DNA of 61,772 bases, filler included, from Dimargaris cristalligena (lineage: Eukaryota): assembly GCA_003614675.1 (NCBI GenBank). It is 12 parts of 12 records of this genome, joined end to end, with 100 filler letters (N's around TTAATTAATTAA, not from the genome) between each part and the next. Parts side by side here need not be neighbours in the genome. Positions count along the whole stretch, not along the records: positions 36,289 to 41,326 come from ML003690.1; positions 41,427 to 46,452 come from ML003691.1; positions 46,553 to 51,562 come from ML003692.1; 9 more parts are not named here. One strand, written 5' to 3'. A program made the translations under genes and the position numbers. Shown piece after piece: positions 36,686 to 48,191 of this stretch (the first letter of the stretch is position 1; each line of letters opens with the position of its first letter). The notes below the pieces were generated by a model. It made no database searches, had not been told where the DNA came from, and worked only from the letters and a program-made list of their open reading frames with translations.

Positions 36686-38630
36686 CTAGTGGGGGCTCGG
36701 TTGGCTTAGTCGTTCCCACTCGCTCATCGGTGGGCGGGAACTCGATTCACCGACTGGGCGCTGCCGGTTGCTGGCAGCCTGGGAGTTCGGCAGACTCGTC
36801 GTCTGGATAGCTGGGGTTGTTGGACTTCGATTCCCCCCGGTGGTGGGCAAATCACTTTTCAGCGACCAGTTGGCGGGAGGGTTCTGTTCCTGTGTTAGCT
36901 CAGTGGTCTTCGCTACCTGTTGTAATTGGGCCACGGCTTCTTTAACCTTTGTGAGTACCGAGTCTTTCGTGAAATCACTGTAATCGGATACGGTATAGTA
37001 CAGGTCTTGAACACTCTTAAAGTCCGACACTTCGTTTCTGGAGGGGATTCCGACCATGTACTTGGGAAACTGTGTAATGAGATATTGCCATTTCCAGGGC
37101 TTAAGTCGGGCCTCCTTTCTTTGCTGTACATATATATTCTTGAGCTTCGTCTCTTGTCGGGGATAATAATAGGTGGGCTCATCGCGGTTGGCCTCGTCCA
37201 GGTCGGACTCCGTCAGCTCCGACTCCCTACGCTTTTTGTCTACCCATCTATACAGCCGATCACCGATGTCCTGTAAGGTTTTATCGTCGAATAGGAACCG
37301 GAAGAGTAGACCGTGGATGAGTATCGCGGCCTCATAGCGTTCCCAGTATAGGCTCATCATGAGGAAGCCGTAGTATTCGAGTTGACTGAATGGGAGGATG
37401 TAATGGGGACCGCCCACCTGGGTAGTCTCGGGGAATAGGTTTAACATGAGCAGTCGGCCAAGCGTCGATATGTCATTGGTCAAAATGGCGGCCCGGATGC
37501 AATCCGTGAGGATGGTGAAGGTCGTCACCTCTAATAAATTTGATTTCATTTTTCGCCACGTTGAAACCGTCGCCTAGCAAGCGCAGGCGCGCCTCGAGAA
37601 TATCCACGGCCAATTCGCCCCGACCCTCGTAAACAAGCACGGCGGATAGATAACCTGTATACCACGCTTGGTCTTGCTTGCTAATGAAACCATTCCTCCT
37701 ATGCCCGCTATCTTTGAACGGAATCGTGATGATGTCCTTATTCTGGACTATATAGACGCTTCGGGATACAAAAAACTCGGTGTCCATAAAATGTACTAGA
37801 TGTAACACTTTGTCACTAGGGGCTGTTTGGATAAGCTTACGTATGCCTCGGTACTTTTGGGTGTCCGTTGTCTTGGCAATATACGCAATCAGCTCGTCTT
37901 TAGCCTGTAATATCCCCATATTTAACCAAGGGTTCGTTGTGAAGGTAAAGGCGGTGTATGGCAGACCAATATGTATGAAAGTGGTGGTTAATTAAGTATT
38001 AGTCGATGATATTAGAAAGTCCAAGGCAGAGAAGCACTAAAGGTGTTGGCGATTTCTTGAAAACTTCCATAGGCAAACAATCGAGATATTCGTGAAACTC
38101 ATCAATTAGAAATGACATAACCAGGTGCAGTTTGGGTTTACTTGTTCGGATAATCCTCGTAGTTTCCTGTGTTGAATGCTGCGAATAGTTACTTACGTTA
38201 ATGGCTATTCTTCTTCCCTTGGACTACGCTTCGATTGAGTCGAACTAATCGTTCTACCGCATTTTATCAGATCTATTATCAGGCTGGGAAGGTCCTCTAG
38301 TCGCAGGGCTCGCAAGGGGTATACGTATACATCGTTATACTTTGGCAATTTGGCCGATTTACTGTCGGTTGCAATTTTTTTCGGGTAACCGACTTGGATG
38401 GGGAATTTGCCGATTTCTGGTCGTCCGATGTATTTGTCGTAACTGGGCAATGCCCCACTAGCATCCAGTATTCCGTGTTCTTTATGAGAAGGAGAGGGAG
38501 GTTCTTGAGGGAATAAATTAACGATCGGCGGCGAGACGGTAACGGCCGTGTCCTGTCCTATACATAAGCACCAGGGAAGTTGGGCCAAATGGAGGCCTAG
38601 CATCCATACACAGTACGTGAACTTGGCCAT
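36686..38630 (-). pseudogene. Orphan secreted-type gene with degenerate F-box-like motif; frameshifted or unresolved splicing
   Basis: Hydrophobic N-terminus (MAKFTYCVWMLGLHLAQLPWCLC), LEDLPSLIIDLI, and three consecutive same-strand ORFs; 37919 and 37549 ORFs join if one A is removed from the A5 run at ~37549-37553. Confidence 0.5.
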
Positions 38631-40991
38631 AATTTGTCGGTACTATGGGTGTGTTGGGGGGGGGTATACAGAAAATAATAATGAACGACTCGTGCGTTGT
38701 CGTAGGTGTATTTCTTACAGAGAACTTTTTAAATGGAGCTACGGGAGGTTGAATCAAAGTGTCTTGGTCCGGGAAAGTTGAGCGAAATAAAGCCACCCTC
38801 TTGACAATCTAGAATTAATAAAAAGTAGCTGCCAAAGCGGTATGGTCGTAAAAAAGGGGGAAATAATGATAAATCTCTGTGACCTGCATTCAATTGCTTG
38901 AGGATCGGCGATGACCCCCTTTTAATACATTATTAGAGAGGATATCGACGGCGTTTTCACCCCTCTCCCTATAGCTAGACTCACTAACATAACGCCAAGT
39001 CACACCCTATAACCATCTCCCTGCGTCAACTCCGCTTCCATTTCTCTTTGACGAACGGGATCTTGCCTATTCGCTGGTTATGGTTGACCTCCCCTGTCCC
39101 TCTTTGATTCCGGAATACCTGTTACTATTTTTAGCCAGTGGGAAGCTCGGGTAACTCGGATATTAATTAATTCCCATTTCCGTTCCTCTGTCCGCTTGGG
39201 CTGCTTTAGTTCCCCCCTTCGCCTCCCCCTGATGATTGTTCACCTGTTCGTATGACCGGTTGGCTATAGTTATGCTGCGTTGGCAGTGGCGAATCGCCGT
39301 CCGCTTACTATCTCAACGACACGGTTGAATATGGCCAAGTGAGAATCGGGGAGCTGTCCCATGTCGAATCAGGGAAAAGAGGCAATGGCCCCCGTACATT
39401 AGCGCAGGACAGGGGGGCACCCGTCCCTCTCAGGGCCCATTTGCCCTCGACATGCTTTAACCGATATTTACATTGTTAGCCGGTTAGTCGACTCGCCCTC
39501 CCCCTAATTTTAAGGCCTGGATGCTTCGCTAGGTTAATTAGAGTCCACTAAATGCCAATCATTGCAAGCCGGAGAGGACGTACAGTGAACGTTCGGATCT
39601 TGGCTGAACAGCCTACTTTCTACAGACCCTATAATTTTACTGTCAGGTCGGAAAATGGAATTTGCATAGTCTAAGGAGGTAGAATTACGCATTCGAGCCT
39701 TCCACTCCGTTGATTAAGCCCTACATAGTGGGGTGTATAACGGCTAGGGGTCTCGGTTGAACTACTATCCGTTTCCAGTTCTCATTCCTTTCCCTTTGTG
39801 AGACATTGTAGCACCAGCGGCTTCACTTTATGGGCGGAAAAAAGCCAAGTCGGGCTGTTCGGAGGATATAATGATTCCAAATTACTATAGATGGCCCGTT
39901 AATGGTGTTTAATGTCACTGACAATGTGGAGGATACCCGGTGGTTTTATCGAGTTTAAGGTGTATCTTAGAGATAGGCAGAGGTCCGAGTGAGAAAAGGG
40001 TAGAGGGGTAGCTATGAACCATATTGGGGGCCCCTCAATAGCAATGAAAGTAGGACGGTCACGGCTAGAACAAGGTACACCATATTTTCCGCCGGCCTTG
40101 ACAGGAGCTGGGGTCCCTTGTAGGACGTATAGAGCTTAAGGGCAATGGGAGAGGCTCACACATAATGGAAGGCTCAAAGGTACTTTTGTACCCAAGGCCC
40201 ATCGGCACTAATATGTAGTCGCGTTTCCGGACAATTCTTTACGGAAGTAGCCCTATGTAGCACCATTGTGAGTCAAGATTAGTTTTGGAAGCAAGTACAC
40301 CGGCTAACCTACCCTCCTTAAAAGTAAGCGAGTAAATATTATTAGAACTATTAATGCAGGGCGCGGAATAAATCTGTGCCTTTAGACGTAGTTTTAGTTT
40401 CACAATTCTATGCGCCTCGATTTTAAAAAAAAATGCACAAGGCTATGTGTTAAGTTACTTGTCTAAAGCAGGCCAACTTTTATACCAATGGCCCCATAAT
40501 AGTATATAATATAATATGAAATACGGTGATAGGAGGCAAGGAATTAGGCATTGTGGCACGTATATGGGTGGCAAGACCCGCGACAATGACCAACATCAAA
40601 AGCCACGGGATGAATGTATTAGTTGAAGCGAATTCAGATATTTGTCATGAGTGTTGTAAGGGGAATGGTTGAGCATCAGGGCATAATGCAACTTTACTTG
40701 AAGAGCCGAGAAGCACACCTTTATTGAAGGATTATTTTGTTAGATAATTATATATCCCGTTCCATCAATTCCATCTCTCTGATTGGCTCATCCTATACTT
40801 AGGACTATTATATCTCTGATTATATTGTCCCATACTCAGGGCATCATTTTTATTGTGAACAAGCAAGTGGAATGAGTGTCTTTATTGAGAGGGAATATGC
40901 AGTATGTAACTAATAGAGACATTACAATTGCTAGTAAACTGAGGGAATTGAGGAGTGTGGCCAATACACTTTTTAAATGGCTAATACATAA

Positions 40992-41326
40992 TGTCACCCA
41001 AGTTTACCACTCTTAGTCTATCAAGGGTCCTGAGGATAGGATTCTAATAGTAGGTGGGGCTTAGGCTTGGCCAAGCAGGCTACTAGTATTAGGGAAGGGG
41101 TAGGTACTAACCCAATTGTTGCCCGAATTAACCACTCTTAGTCCATCAAGAGTTTCGGGGATAGGCTTCTAATGGTAGATGGGGTGTTGGGCACAGCCAA
41201 GTGGGCTACTAGCATTAGGTGGGGCTAATACTGACTGAATAAAGCAAGTGTCATTATGTATGCGGGGGACATGCACTGATGCACACTTACTAGTCAGTAT
41301 GGGGGGTGAGCATATATAGGGTTTAT
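40992..41326 (-). mobile_element. Two nested LTR family A 3' ends (starting 40992 and 41117)
   Basis: TGTCACCCAAGTTTACCACTCTTAG, interrupted by TGTTGCCCGAATTAACCACTCTTAG. Confidence 0.8.
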
Positions 41327-41426
41327 NNNNNNNNNNNNNNNNNNNNNNNNNNNNNNNNNNNNNNNNNNNNTTAATTAATTAANNNNNNNNNNNNNNNNNN
41401 NNNNNNNNNNNNNNNNNNNNNNNNNN

Positions 41427-41956
41427 TTTATTATCTATCTTTTCAAATAAAGTTCAGTTTTCAAGGATTTGATTTCAGTTCATTACATCATCTATTATAT
41501 AACCCTTCTCCTTCCAGCCCCAATGCTTTGCACAAAACACTCCAACCAGCTAATCCAAATGACTCTTCCAGTTCCCATGAGAGTCTTCCAGATACAAAGC
41601 CATCCAGTCAGATTCTTTATCTACCTATACCTTAGTATTAGTAGCATTCCCCTTGGGACCTCTCTCTGGAGCTGTCCCCGTGTATATATAACTGGGCCCT
41701 ACTGTGACTGGTTCGATTCCTTAGCTTATTCATACCCCCCATTTACCTCAATAAACTATATATACTCACTCCCTCATACTAACTAGTATGTGTGCCTACT
41801 ATACATCCCTTGCATTTACCTGCACTTGTCCTATATTGGTTAGCACTATGACCCCATACTAATGCTAGTAGCCTGCTTGGCCAAGTCTAAGCCCCACCTA
41901 CTGTTAGAAGCCTATCCTTGGGACTCTTAGACTAAGAGTGGTTAACCCGGGCAACA
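41427..41956 (+). mobile_element. LTR family B end (to 41487) inside an LTR family A copy (to 41956), which abuts a partial MITE C (41957..42049)
   Basis: Identity to 31..91; family A end GTTAACCCGGGCAACA; MITE C half follows. Confidence 0.75.
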
Positions 41957-43139
41957 CTAATATTACTAGTTAAAAATAAATTTCCCATATATTCTCCCAT
42001 ACACATATAATGCAAACCCTTATATAGTTGGGCTGAATGTCACCCACATGGTGGAAACGAGGGTCGTTGGATATCCAGCAGGGGGGGGGTAGTAGGTATG
42101 TCTTCCCATAGACCATCCCAAGTCCCACTAAAGGGGGAGTCGGTGAAGTGGGTGGCATATCGGCCTGGGTGTGTGGTCCCATTGCATTTCCACCCACTTC
42201 AAGAGATGCTAACGAATGCATTGCTATCAGTTGGGCTCCCCTATTCCTCACCCACTTTCATACAGCCCTGGCGCTTCTTCCCCCCTGTAAATGTGAATTC
42301 ATTATCGAATTTTTTTTTTGTGAACCCACTCCTCAAATAAATTGGCGGCTATTTTTTTGTAAACCACCTCCCCAAACTCATACATTCCTATCCATTCCAA
42401 GTTGTACCTCTACCGCCACTTTTACTCCCTATCTACCTGTACTTCCAAGGTTGTTTGCCTGTAATAATGCCGGGAGGTTATGTATAGAGAGTAGCGGCCA
42501 GCCTGGCTGCAAATCTCTAATAAGTGACTAGCGAGGTGGGCCCACGCTGGCTATACAGCAATTTATCGGTTTAGAGACCCTCCAATATACATTTAAAATC
42601 TCTGTAGTGGGGTCTAAGTACCTTTATCCCATCGATCTCCTAGTGGTGTTATATTGGGGTGATACCGGTGAAACAGGATACCATGGTAAAGAGATGCTCG
42701 GTAGTAAAACTATGGGCCAATTCATAATAAGAATCGGGTGACGCCTTCTCCCCTACACCTCAATATAGAGTCGGGTCCTCAACATCCAAGAGCTTATTGA
42801 CTTAATATGAGTAGCCATGGAGGCCCATATCCTGTGAATAAAGCCACTAGTTACACAGCCTTGGAAGTTTTAAAGGGTATCAACAGCTCCATTAGTAAAA
42901 AGGTCCATTGCGAAGGAGCAGGACGTCCCTCCACCCATATTACTCAAAATATCGAACTTCAGCTGAGGAGTTCTATATACTAAACCCCAATATAAATATT
43001 GCACGAACGGGCCTCCGGACTGTCAACCTATAATCAATTAGTTGTTGCCTTTTGATACTAAATTGACCTTTTTACACATTTGTTTTATATCGCTTGAGTT
43101 GACATCGACTCCCCGTTTCTCCTGTCTGGCCAATTCACT

Positions 43140-44638
43140 ATGAATCTTTCCATTTCTACATTTACTCTCGCCGTCGCGGCTCTGGGCATTCCCCGTACTG
43201 AGTCTAGGCCTATGGCATATATCCCTGGATCCGGGCTACCATATCTTAATAGCCTATCCAACGAACTGCGTCGTATCGTTGCCCAGTACTCGTCTAGCTA
43301 TACGCGCAACCAACTCTCCCAGCTGAATAGGGCATGGCGGGCTGGTACACGTGAATCTTCCATGGAAGCTGTAAGAATTTACCAGGATGCCCTATGTGAA
43401 TATAGACGCTATATTCGGAGAAATATAATGGCACTTAGTATAATGGTGTTCAGTAACTACCGACTAACACTCCTGTATTCATTATAAAATTGATATTGCA
43501 TATTAATGGACCACTATAGACGAAAAGTCTGGGTCAAACATTCGCCTCTTCAATCCAATTCTACAGCGTCATTTCCGAACCCGACAAGATCCCCATCCTC
43601 GATAAAATTATTCAAGATGATGTTGAAAAGAAGGCCGAAAGTCTCGCTCACGACTGGATGACTCTTTTTAAACACGAAACTTACGTGTACCTCAGCATGC
43701 GCCTCGATCATAATATAAAGGTCCGACCTAGCGACAATCAACTCGGCGAGTTAAAGAAGCGCTTATTCAAAGAAGTCCATTCCCATGGTGTAGTGCTGGT
43801 TGATGGTCTGGAGGACAAGTCTCTGTATTCGGCGTTTCCCATTCTCCAAGTGGCTCACGAGCTGACTGTCCCGGAATTCACCGGGTTATTGAGCGCCCTA
43901 TTTGGGCCTGAGTTGGGGAGCTCGTTGACGTTGGCCACTTCAAGTACCCTGGCACCCAAGAGCTACCAGCCCCTCGTCCAGCATCTCCTTATGGCTGCCA
44001 AGAGCGATATCTACGAAGTCACTCTATTCCACGTCATCTGGCACTTATTCCAGAAAGCGGTTAGCGCGCTTCCCGATTCCGGAGCCGAAACTTTTAATAA
44101 GATCAAGGAGTTCTTTACGACTACGTTGGGTCCTGCTCGTAACGAAATTGTGGCGATATCAAATACCAACCTCACCAATTACGCCCGTTTTGCACTCGCC
44201 CTGGCTGCCCGATCGTTCCAGCCACGTGCTGGGCACCAAAGCAACGAAGCAACCAAGGCGGCTATCCACGATATGGCCGCGTTCTTTGATAAACTGGTGG
44301 GCTGGGACAGTGTAGCAGAAGAAAGCCTTGTGTCAGTTCAACAGTATCGTACCGCGTATCTAACTTGTTTAGATACTAAGGAAGTGATGGGTGCTCGCGA
44401 CTATCTCCTCGAGTATTGGCCGCAATTAGACCAGATTAATCAGGGTATTTCAAACGAGCCTAGAAGTTCCCCGATCGCCCCTTTCGTTGAGGCGGTTGAC
44501 GATGGCCTTGACGATGCCTATTGTGACGAAATCCTATTTAGCGAGTCCCGAGTCTTTTGGTCGAATGAAGGATTTGGCATGGCTGCGGCCAAAGATTTTC
44601 TTGATCAGAAGTATCTGAGCCAGTACCGCTTTGGATAG
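43140..44638 (+). CDS. Predicted secreted protein with N-terminal F-box-like motif; exons 43140-43370 and 43520-44638 (~449 aa)
   Basis: MNLSISTFTLAVAALGIPRTES; YLNSLSNELRRIVAQYSSSYTRNQLSQLNRAWR; phase-0 GTAAGA..TAG intron joins the 43658 ORF frame. Confidence 0.75.
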
Positions 44639-46552
44639 GCACCACCTTTCAGTGGTAGAAGGGAGCCGAGTATTTTAAAATTTCCCGGTTGAAATTGAAA
44701 TCCCGTGGAAAAGGCCTGCCCTTATGTAGATAGTTTATCCGGCGCTTACTGATGGAAAGACCCCATTTCTTGGAAATCAAAACTCCATCTTGTTTTTTTC
44801 TATCCTGATCAACACTTTACAACTTTCGCTGTATTCGATGATCCCTTATATAATACCCTCCAGCTATTCTCCCGCCCCATACCCCTCCTTCTCTCCCTCC
44901 AACCCTTCTGTTTTTATCTTCACCTTGCCGATAACACACCTTTTCCCGGCTTTTATTTTACCCTCTGCTCGTGTCGTGTATTTTTCTTCTACTTTCTCAA
45001 TAAACCCTAAAACGCCACTAACCCCGTACTTTTCCCCGTGGCAGCCAAGGTATGCATATGTAGTGCCATCCGGAGGTTGGCACTAAACCCCAGACTATGA
45101 ATGGTTAGTCCACACTATCAGAGGGCGGAAAATGCTGTGATATACAATAGTTGTATCATTCCCACTGTTCTCCTATTGAATTTGCCGCCTATACTGCGGC
45201 TATATACAAAAAATACAAAATACATTATTTATTCTAACATTCACGGTTTACATTTAAAAGTCCGCCCTTCTTCCTTGCATTCAAAAGTCTGACTTATTTC
45301 TTGGTAGTTCTCTTTTACTCCACCGCATTTCATTCACTAGTTATATTCTGTGACCTTCCTTTTATCCAGCAGCTTTAAAGGCCCATAAAACGGTTACATA
45401 AGTAGCCAGCAAATTCTTGCTCATTCGGAGGACAATCATCACCGACGCGTTTTATTGATCTATTTGTTTTTGACACCACTGTTTCTATTATAATTTTCAA
45501 TAAACCTTGCATCCTTGCTCATACCCACGTCCTCAATTTATTCTACCACATCTACACCCTCCGGAAATTTCACGATGGCAATACCCAACTCTGCCCCTGT
45601 CTCTTCAAACCCCACGAACCTCCCGTCTTCTGCCACCAGGGAGCTGGCCACTGCAACTTTAGGCTGCGCTAATAAGGAGACCACTGCCACCTCGAAAATC
45701 CATAAGGCCACCAGCAACAGGCCGGACATCCCCGGTAGTACATGTACAGGTAGGAATTTAGCTGAAATCCTCTTAAACAATACGGGCTACAATATTTTTA
45801 TGGCCAGGGTATTGCTATTCCAGTTCATCAATGCTGCCCACACCTGCTTCACTGTTCTTACCAACTGTGCCTATCTGTAAATACAGGGCTAGTTGCTGGT
45901 AATTATTTACCTGTGCTATATTGTGGTTTACCAGTGCATATGGTATCTCAGCTAAACTGGGCCAAAATGGTGCAGGTAATAGTGTGAAAAATGCCAAGAA
46001 CTGTAAATATTTATTTTTCCCTTCCTGGGAACTTGTTGCCAAATATTCACCAGAATGAACGTGCAGCCCTCTTAGTAAATTAAAAGGCCTGGATTAGGAC
46101 CAGGAAAAATAATACATATAAAAAGAAGAAGTAACATCTGTTAGGGTAGTAAAGTGTAATTTAAGTAGGACAAGGCAATAGGTGGGCAACTGATATAGAC
46201 ACTAAGGATCAACTGTGGTAGTAGGATGGTTGGAGGCATACGCAGCCTGTAATCAAGTTCAGCCAAACCATTCCCGGCCTATCTATTGGAGAGTACATCT
46301 CCTTTTGTGGGTTCATCTTGTTATCAATTTATATATGGGAGAGGTTCAACTGAGCTGTATAACAAAAGATCCATTAGATTGCAACCAAGGGCGACCATCA
46401 CCACTCAGAGGGAGGAGGTCGATCCTTTCCATAGTACTCCCCATCTGAGTGANNNNNNNNNNNNNNNNNNNNNNNNNNNNNNNNNNNNNNNNNNNNTTAA
46501 TTAATTAANNNNNNNNNNNNNNNNNNNNNNNNNNNNNNNNNNNNNNNNNNNN

Positions 46553-46899
46553 ACCAGCTGTATAAGGTTTTACATAATACGTGTATGGGCGAATATATGC
46601 GAGAATAACCTTTAACCAGTAATATTAGCCTCATCTAATGGATTTTTCATTATACAGCCTCAATGAACTTCTCCCATATAGATTTCTCGTTTCCACAATC
46701 CACCTCTCGGAGTATCCTTTCTCCAGTTGAGGCTGAGGACCCTCGAGATAGGTACATATGGATGAAATTCAGCTCGGCTGTATAGGGTTTTAATAGATAT
46801 GTGTATGGGAAAATCAGTGGGATGTTAATCTTCAACCAATAGTATTTGCCTCATCAAATGGATTTTTCGTTATACAGCCTTATTGAACTACCCCCTTAT
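46553..46899. mobile_element. Two MITE family C copies (46553..46679 partial; 46756..46899); more partial copies at 46332..46380 and 51663..51719
   Basis: CAGCTGTATAAGGTTTT..ATGGATTTTTC.TTATACAGCC..GAACT core. Confidence 0.7.
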
Positions 46900-48191
46900 A
46901 CTTAGCATATGGGCCGATAATACGACTATACAGATAGCCAAAGCCGCCCTTCACCCCAACTGTTCTACCCGACCCTCGAGGTAAAGCCAACCGGCCTGCA
47001 AGCCCCCCGTACAGCAGCACCGCGGCCTTTACTCCCCAGCCTACTGCCCTCCGTGAGGGTTTTTTGTTTTCGTGTTTTCTAAATTATGCTTGTAACTGGT
47101 GCCTTCGTTGACTTCCCACCAGAAAAGTACCCTGATGATAGAAATACGGCATTATTCCATGCGGGCATGCTTTGTGAATCAGTGATGTCACAGGTGGTGG
47201 AAAACAGGTACTCAGTGGTTATTGGCTCAGGCAATAATTGTCCGCGGTACAGCATGGAGGCCCGTCGTTCCCAAAAACGGGGCTATACATCGTCTACATT
47301 GTACCTATGTGGACGAAACGGCTGTATCTATTCATGTAGTTATTAAGCCCTTATCGTACTTAAATTGCACCAACTAGCCAATAGAATGGTCTTTAAATCT
47401 GCTATAGATAAATAAGAATGCTTCCTTTGAGAACCATTAGACCCTTCGAATAATGATCCAGTCTATAGTGCCACCGAAAACGTTTGGTGAAATCGGGGTT
47501 AAAAATGCGAAAGACGTGTCAATATACCTTTACGGAAGGGAAGAAAGCAGATAGTGGGCAGATGGTACCTCTAGCTGGTATATTTTATGGAATAGTGGTA
47601 TAGTCGGGTGAGGGGATTTTAAGAGGTTAAAATTAAAGGATATGGTGTAACTGAAAAAATTAACGTAGTTGGGTGGCAGCATGTGATTTTATTATCCACA
47701 ATGGAATATTCTCAACAGTCAGTGAATAGAGATGGGCTAGAGTAAAAAGGGACGAAAGAGATGCCACGGACAGCGGTTAAATCTCGATCTTATGTTATTG
47801 GACCTGGGGCTGTAGGCGGGGGGATGGTGTCACCCTTTCAACAGTCTAGATGCAATGGGGCCAGTTCCTTACTTGTAGAAAATGGGGACATTGACGATGG
47901 GGGGAAGAGGTATTATCGGGGGAGAGGGGGTGAAGACGATACAGCTAGGATTGCTGTAATTGGATTGCGTGGTTCTGTACGACAGTATACTGTACAACAA
48001 TATGGCTTGAAGTTGTAGCTATATCACTAAAATTCATTTAAGTATCGTTGTTAATGAAGTTGGTGGTATATATAAAAATGTTGCCCCAACGGAATTGGGC
48101 CCTGCAGTGGTCGAGGTAAACAAACGCAACAACAATAATGGTCTGGGCAGATTTGGCGATATCAATACAATTGGATAACAATACATTAAAT

